From Candidatus Omnitrophota bacterium (GTDB taxonomy: Bacteria > Omnitrophota > Gorgyraeia > JABMRN01 > RBG-13-46-9): a stretch of DNA of 64,000 bases. Shown here piece by piece: positions 59,408 through 64,000 of the stretch (the first letter of the stretch is position 1; each line of letters begins with the position of its first letter). Where the stretch lies: NCBI GenBank assembly GCA_013203315.1, contig JABMQJ010000016.1, forward strand, positions 12,245 to 76,244, written 5' to 3'. The translations under genes were made by a program, and so were the position numbers. Below the pieces are notes generated by a model. That model ran no database searches, was not told the DNA's origin, and worked only from the letters and a program-made list of their open reading frames with translations.

Positions 59408-60245
59408 ACTAAAGTTCGACAGGTTTTCGCTTAACCTTGGCCAAAGAACACATGTCATGGGCGTTCTAAACAGAACGCCTGATTCATTCTCGGATGGGGG
59501 AGAATTCCTGGAAGAAGACGCGGCGCTTCGACGCATCAGAGATATGGTGCGCGAAGGAGCTGACATTATAGACATCGGCGGCGAATCTACAAGGCCCTGT
59601 TCTAACGGCGTAAGCCTTTCCGAAGAGTTGGCGCGAACCATACCTATAATAAGGAAGGCTGCCAAAGAAATCGATGCTCCCATATCAATTGATACCTCAA
59701 AGCACGAAGTTGCGTTTCGAGCTATTCAGGCAGGCGCTTCACTCGTAAACGATATCACGGGCCTTAAATCCGACTCAAAAATGGCTGAGGTAATCGCCTC
59801 CTCCGGGGCGGCGGTTTGCGTAATGCACATGAAGGGTGCGCCGTGCGACATGCAGGATAATCCTAGATACGAAGATCTCATGGAGGAAATTGTGGATGGG
59901 CTTCGAGAATCAGTCGAAATTGCCCGAGCAGCCGGAATATCGCCTGATAAGATTATCGTTGATCCGGGTATAGGTTTCGGAAAAACAGTTGAGCACAACC
60001 TTACGATAATTAAGAGATTAGGGGAGCTTATGACGCTTGGTAGGCCTGTCCTTATCGGAACCTCGAGAAAATCTTTTATCGGAAAAACCCTAAAAAAAAG
60101 CGTAGAAAGTCGCTTGATGGGCACGGCTGCCACTTGCGCGCTTGCAATTCTGGCCGGGGCAAGCATAATAAGAGTTCATGACGTTAAAGAAATGGTAGAT
60201 GTTGCAAGAATGACCGACGCAATAAAAAAAGGTAGGGCGCGGTAA
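59373..60245 (+). CDS. folP: Dihydropteroate synthase
   Basis: MGVLNRTPDSFSDGG, GGESTRP, DPGIGFGK, SRKS, RVHDV. Confidence 0.97.
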   Translation: MPVATKHQKPHELKFDRFSLNLGQRTHVMGVLNRTPDSFSDGGEFLEEDAALRRIRDMVREGADIIDIGGESTRPCSNGVSLSEELARTIPIIRKAAKEIDAPISIDTSKHEVAFRAIQAGASLVNDITGLKSDSKMAEVIASSGAAVCVMHMKGAPCDMQDNPRYEDLMEEIVDGLRESVEIARAAGISPDKIIVDPGIGFGKTVEHNLTIIKRLGELMTLGRPVLIGTSRKSFIGKTLKKSVESRLMGTAATCALAILAGASIIRVHDVKEMVDVARMTDAIKKGRAR

Positions 60246-61054
60246 TGGTTTCTAATTATATCGACGCACTAAAATTTATTATCGAGATTGTCATACTATG
60301 GTTTGTTTTCTACATGCTTCTTCTTTTTATAAAAGGCACGCGCGCGGTTCAGGTTTTAAAGGGAATCATCATACTTGTTATAATATTTTTAATATCGAAA
60401 GAGCTTCAGCTTGAAACGATAAACTGGATCCTGGGCAAACTTTTCACGATTTCAGTTATCGCCTTTGTTATTATTTTTCAGCCTGAACTGAGGCGGGGGT
60501 TGGCTCGAATAGGGCAGTTCGGCATGTTTTCAAGACAGCAAGAAACGCTAGATGAAATCGTAAAGGCAGCCCTTGTTTTGTCCAAGAAAAAGATTGGCGC
60601 CCTTATTGCGATCGAAAGGGAAATTGGTCTTCGCCCGTATATTGAAAGCGGGATTAAAATGGATAGCATTGTCACCAGCGAAGTTTTAAATACTATCTTC
60701 GCGCCCAACACGCCCTTGCATGACGGCGGCGTCGTGGTGCAGGGCTCAATTATCGCATCTGCCGGGTGCCTTTTCCCGCTTACGCAAAATCCGCATGTCA
60801 GCAGCTCTGTGGGAACAAGACACAGGGCGGCAATGGGCCTTAGCGAGGAAACGGATGCCGTTGTTGTGGTTGTAAGCGAAGAGACAGGAGACATATCTAT
60901 CTCGGTAGGCGGGAGGCTAACGCGTCATCTTGACGAAAAAGAATTCGGCCGCGTGTTAAGTAATATTTTCCGGCCGAAGAAATCTAAAAAATCCATATTT
61001 GATTTCTGGAATAAAATTGTTTCCCGAATGGTAAGCACCACTAAAGGTGAATAA
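60245..61054 (+). CDS. cdaA: Diadenylate cyclase CdaA
   Basis: Three TMs, FQPELRR, PLHDG, GTRHRAA, VVSEE. Confidence 0.95.
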   Translation: MVSNYIDALKFIIEIVILWFVFYMLLLFIKGTRAVQVLKGIIILVIIFLISKELQLETINWILGKLFTISVIAFVIIFQPELRRGLARIGQFGMFSRQQETLDEIVKAALVLSKKKIGALIAIEREIGLRPYIESGIKMDSIVTSEVLNTIFAPNTPLHDGGVVVQGSIIASAGCLFPLTQNPHVSSSVGTRHRAAMGLSEETDAVVVVVSEETGDISISVGGRLTRHLDEKEFGRVLSNIFRPKKSKKSIFDFWNKIVSRMVSTTKGE

Positions 61055-61056
61055 GA

Positions 61057-61497
61057 GTGAAAAAGATTTTATCGAATAACATAGGCTTTAAATTGCTGGC
61101 GCTGGGCCTGGCGTTTGTAACATGGCTTTATGTCGGTGAGGTGACTAAAGAGGATTCGAAAGAAACGGTCCTGCGAAAACTTCTTTCACCGGTTTCTTAT
61201 GTCTCGAAGAAACTAATTATAAAACCGGTTTTTGAAGGAGAAGTGCTCCCCGGATATAAAATTCTAAAAAGTGAAATCAGGATTACGCCTGATTCGATTG
61301 TGGTTTTGGGGCCTTCGCGCATATTGCTGGATAAGGATTTCATATATACAAAACCTATCGATTTAAAAGAATATACGCAAACAAAAACAACCGAGGTTGG
61401 CCTGGAAAGTGTTTCCCGCGCGATAAGGTCCTCAAAAAACAAAGTGCAAGTTTATTTGCCCGTTGAAAAGTTAGCACAAGGAAAGACACGCGATTAG
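61057..61497 (+). CDS. cdaR: CdaR/YbbR-like protein (single domain)
   Basis: KLLALGLA..WLYV, PGY...P..I.V.GP; follows cdaA. Confidence 0.8.
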   Translation: MKKILSNNIGFKLLALGLAFVTWLYVGEVTKEDSKETVLRKLLSPVSYVSKKLIIKPVFEGEVLPGYKILKSEIRITPDSIVVLGPSRILLDKDFIYTKPIDLKEYTQTKTTEVGLESVSRAIRSSKNKVQVYLPVEKLAQGKTRD

Positions 61498-61502
61498 CCG
61501 CT

Positions 61503-62216
61503 ATGTCGGAGTTGGGCGTCAACATAGACCACGTTGCAACGATAAGGGAGGCAAGGAAGATTGATTACCCAAACCCCGTAGAAGCGGCGCTTCTTTGTCA
61601 GCGTTTCGGAGCGGATTCAATTGTTTGCCACCTGCGGGAAGATCGGCGTCATATCCAGGACAAGGATTTACGCGAGCTCAAAAAGGCGATCAAGGTTAAG
61701 TTGAACCTCGAGATGGCTATGTCGGAGGAAATAGTAAATATCGCGCTCCTGGTAAAGCCGGACCAGATAACCCTCGTGCCGGAGAAACGGCGAGAGCTTA
61801 CCACGGAAGGCGGGCTTGATGTCCTCGCCCGCGCTAAGAGGATAACATCCGTTTTGAAAAAAATGAAGAAACACAATATAAAAGTAAGTCTTTTTATCGA
61901 CCCGGACGAAAAACAGATTAAAGCGGCCATGAAATCCGGCGTAGAAATGATAGAGCTGCATACCGGTTGCTACGCTAACGCAAGAAACAAAAAGGAAAAG
62001 AAGAGAGAATTTGATCTTTTAAGAACGAGCGCTCTATTTGCCAAGCGCATAGGCCTTAAGGTTTTTGCCGGGCACGGCCTCCATTATAAAAATATTGCTC
62101 CGCTTCGAAAAATTAAGGAAATAGAGGAATATAATATCGGCCACTCCATTATTGCGCGCGCGGTTTTTGTGGGACTCGGTGCGGCCGTTAAAGAAATGAA
62201 GGCTCTGGTAACATGA
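61503..62216 (+). CDS. pdxJ: Pyridoxine 5'-phosphate synthase
   Basis: GVNIDHVAT, HLREDRRHIQ, ELTTEGGL, ELHTG, AGHGL, NIGH. Confidence 0.97.
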   Translation: MSELGVNIDHVATIREARKIDYPNPVEAALLCQRFGADSIVCHLREDRRHIQDKDLRELKKAIKVKLNLEMAMSEEIVNIALLVKPDQITLVPEKRRELTTEGGLDVLARAKRITSVLKKMKKHNIKVSLFIDPDEKQIKAAMKSGVEMIELHTGCYANARNKKEKKREFDLLRTSALFAKRIGLKVFAGHGLHYKNIAPLRKIKEIEEYNIGHSIIARAVFVGLGAAVKEMKALVT

Positions 62217-62596
62217 TCGTAGGAACGGGGATAGACATAGTCGAAATAGGGCGCTTCAGGAAAGCCAAAAAGAAATGGGGCAAAAATTTCCTTAACAAAA
62301 TTTTTACAGAAAACGAAATAGCCTATTCCAAAAAAAGAAGATTTCAGGAACAGCATCTTGCCGCCAGGTTCGCTGCCAAAGAAGCGGTGCTTAAGGCCTT
62401 CGGGGATAAGATTTCCAGCGTCCACAACTGGCAGGATATTGAAATCTTAAACGATAGAACCGGGAAGCCCTATATCCGTTTCCATAAAAGCGCAAAAAAA
62501 TTAAAGAAAAAAGAAAAAATTGACGACGTTATACTCAGCATGTCGCATTGCAAGGGGCATGCGGTGGCGAACGCGATTTTATTGAGAGGTAAATAA
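62213..62596 (+). CDS. acpS: Holo-ACP synthase
   Basis: GTGIDIVE, ARFAAKEA, GKP, SMSH. Confidence 0.96.
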   Translation: MIVGTGIDIVEIGRFRKAKKKWGKNFLNKIFTENEIAYSKKRRFQEQHLAARFAAKEAVLKAFGDKISSVHNWQDIEILNDRTGKPYIRFHKSAKKLKKKEKIDDVILSMSHCKGHAVANAILLRGK

Positions 62597-63453
62597 TGGT
62601 AAAAAAACATATTTCAAAAATACCACCCAGAAAAAAAGACACGCACAAGGGAGATTTTGGACACGCGTTAGTATTGGCCGGCTCCGAGGGGCTGACGGGC
62701 GCAGCATATCTGGCGAGCCAGGCAGCACTTTTGGCGGGAAGCGGCCTTGTAACCTGCGGCGTGCCGAAAAGTTTAAATGACATAATGGAAGTCAAGCTAA
62801 CAGAAGTTATGACACTTTCTCTACCGGAAACAAGTAGAAGGTCTCTTAGTCTATCCGCCGAAAAAGACATTTTAGATTTTGCTAAAAAAATTAATGTCGC
62901 CGCCTTGGGGCCGGGTATTTCCAGGCACAAGGAAACGCAGGAGCTTGTTTGCGCATTGCTTAAAAATTTAGAAAAACCCGTAGTGCTTGACGCTGATGGT
63001 ATAATCGCCGTAGCTGGTCGCCCCGATATTCTAAAGACGCGTAAAGCGCCTACCGTATTGACACCGCATCCCGGGGAGATGTCACATCTTACCGGGAAAG
63101 ATGTGCGTGTAATTCAAGGTGACCGCGAAAAGGCGGCTTTAAGTTTTGCGAAAAAATATAACGTGATTCTCGTTTTAAAAGGGCGCAGGACCGTCATCGC
63201 AGATCCAAAAGGCGGAGTTTACATTAATAAGACCGGAAACTCCGGCATGAGCACAGCCGGAGCCGGCGATGTGCTTACTGGCATGATCGCGAGTTTTGTC
63301 GGCCAGGGAATAAATCCGTATAGCGCCGCAGTAATCGGCGCATATCTGCACGGCCTAGCCGGTGACCTTGCGGCAAAAGAGAAGGGCCAGTTTAGCCTCA
63401 CAGCAAGCGATCTTTTAAATAAATTACCGCAAGCAATTAAGGATGTTCTTTAG
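62596..63453 (+). CDS. nnrD: NAD(P)H-hydrate dehydratase (stand-alone)
   Basis: HKGDFG, GAAYLA, GPG, VLDADG, TPHPGE, LKG, AGAGDVL. Confidence 0.93.
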   Translation: MVKKHISKIPPRKKDTHKGDFGHALVLAGSEGLTGAAYLASQAALLAGSGLVTCGVPKSLNDIMEVKLTEVMTLSLPETSRRSLSLSAEKDILDFAKKINVAALGPGISRHKETQELVCALLKNLEKPVVLDADGIIAVAGRPDILKTRKAPTVLTPHPGEMSHLTGKDVRVIQGDREKAALSFAKKYNVILVLKGRRTVIADPKGGVYINKTGNSGMSTAGAGDVLTGMIASFVGQGINPYSAAVIGAYLHGLAGDLAAKEKGQFSLTASDLLNKLPQAIKDVL

Positions 63454-63529
63454 GCCGAGGTAGCTCAGTTGGTAGAGCAGGGGTTTTGTAAACCTCAGGT
63501 CGCTGGTTCAACTCCAGTCCTCGGCTCCA
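63454..63529 (+). tRNA. tRNA-Thr (TGT)
   Basis: GCCGAGG/CCTCGGC acceptor, anticodon loop TTTGTAA, encoded CCA; starts right after the nnrD stop. Confidence 0.95.
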
Positions 63530-63573
63530 TTTCCGCCTGCGGTGAAGGACCTTCTTTATTGTGTCACAATTTT

Positions 63574-63656
63574 GGGGAGATGGCGGAGTAGTCAAACGCA
63601 CCAGACTGTAAATCTGGCGGCTTCGGCCTACGAAGGTGCGAATCCTTCTCTCCCCA
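63574..63656 (+). tRNA. tRNA-Tyr (GTA); CCA not encoded
   Basis: GGGGAGA/TCTCCCC acceptor, CCAGA-CTGTAAA-TCTGG, long variable arm. Confidence 0.92.
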
Positions 63657-63751
63657 CTTTTTCGAAGAAAAAGTGATCCTGAGGCAATGCTGTCAATGCG
63701 ACCTATGGGAGCATTGACAATTGCCGAAGGACCTTTCCAAACCCTACCTCC

Positions 63752-63825
63752 GCGGGAGTAGTTCAATGGTAGAACGGTAGCCTTCCAAGCTACACACGAC
63801 GGTTCGATTCCGTTCTCCCGCTCCA
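63752..63825 (+). tRNA. tRNA-Gly (TCC)
   Basis: GCGGGAG/CTCCCGC acceptor, GTAGC-CTTCCAA-GCTAC, encoded CCA. Confidence 0.95.
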
Positions 63826-63879
63826 AACTCTAGCTCGTTTTTCCCACCATTTTCAGACTTATGAAAAATAGAACTGACA

Positions 63880-64000
63880 GAATGAGAGGGTATTGGCAGG
63901 GCGGCTTTGCACAATAACGACGGAGCTCTTTCTTCTTCGAAAAATTGTAGTAAGCTGAATGTATATATTTATAATTATTGAAAGAAAGGATCTCCTATAA
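63880..64000 (-). repeat. Dispersed ~160-bp hairpin element, copy 3 (inverted, cut by window end)
   Basis: Reverse complement TAGGAGATCCTTTCTTTC...TACATTCAGCTTACTACAATTTTTCGAAGAAGAAAGAGCTCCGTCGTT...CCAATACCCTCTCATTC matches copies 1 and 2. Confidence 0.93.

Noticed and set aside
63949-63976. dif/Xer site (central TGTATA in the element core)
   Set aside because: XerC and XerD arms do not match, and the hexamer differs in the other copies
1-64000. CRISPR array, rRNA, IS transposase or defence system
   Set aside because: No regularly spaced repeats or matching genes seen; intergenic space is small and mostly explained

Overview
A ~43% GC bacterial chromosome segment in which every credible gene is on the + strand. 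Gene content (secretin, SurA, GatCAB, CdaA, TMTC-like glycosyltransferase, compact proteins) suggests a diderm lineage such as Ca. Omnitrophota/PVC; this placement is inference only. Order: mreCD-mrdA-rodA; a type IVa pilus locus (pilT, stand-alone MshEN protein, two pilB, pilC, pilA, TMTC-like GT-C + GT2, pilMNOPQ, rng, three minor pilins); rplU-rpmA-obgE-proBA-nadD; an unannotated 55-aa gene resembling the crenarchaeal chromatin protein CC1; rsfS-argS-mini-mfd; two PPIases-pdxA-rsmA-gatCAB-ctpA-tsaD; a bactofilin-HTH / HTH-TM / PDZ / HAMP cluster; polA-coaE-rho-rpmE-prfA-prmC-murA-rpsP-trmD-rplS-rnhB; an fhs homologue with altered active-site motifs and apbE; tRNA-Met-tilS-ftsH-folP-cdaA-cdaR-pdxJ-acpS-nnrD; tRNAs Thr, Tyr, Gly. 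The most notable non-coding signal is a ~160-bp dispersed hairpin element in three copies with covarying 27-28-bp terminal inverted repeats; two copies sit just after tracts of C-ending codons. No CRISPR array, transposase or prophage was seen.
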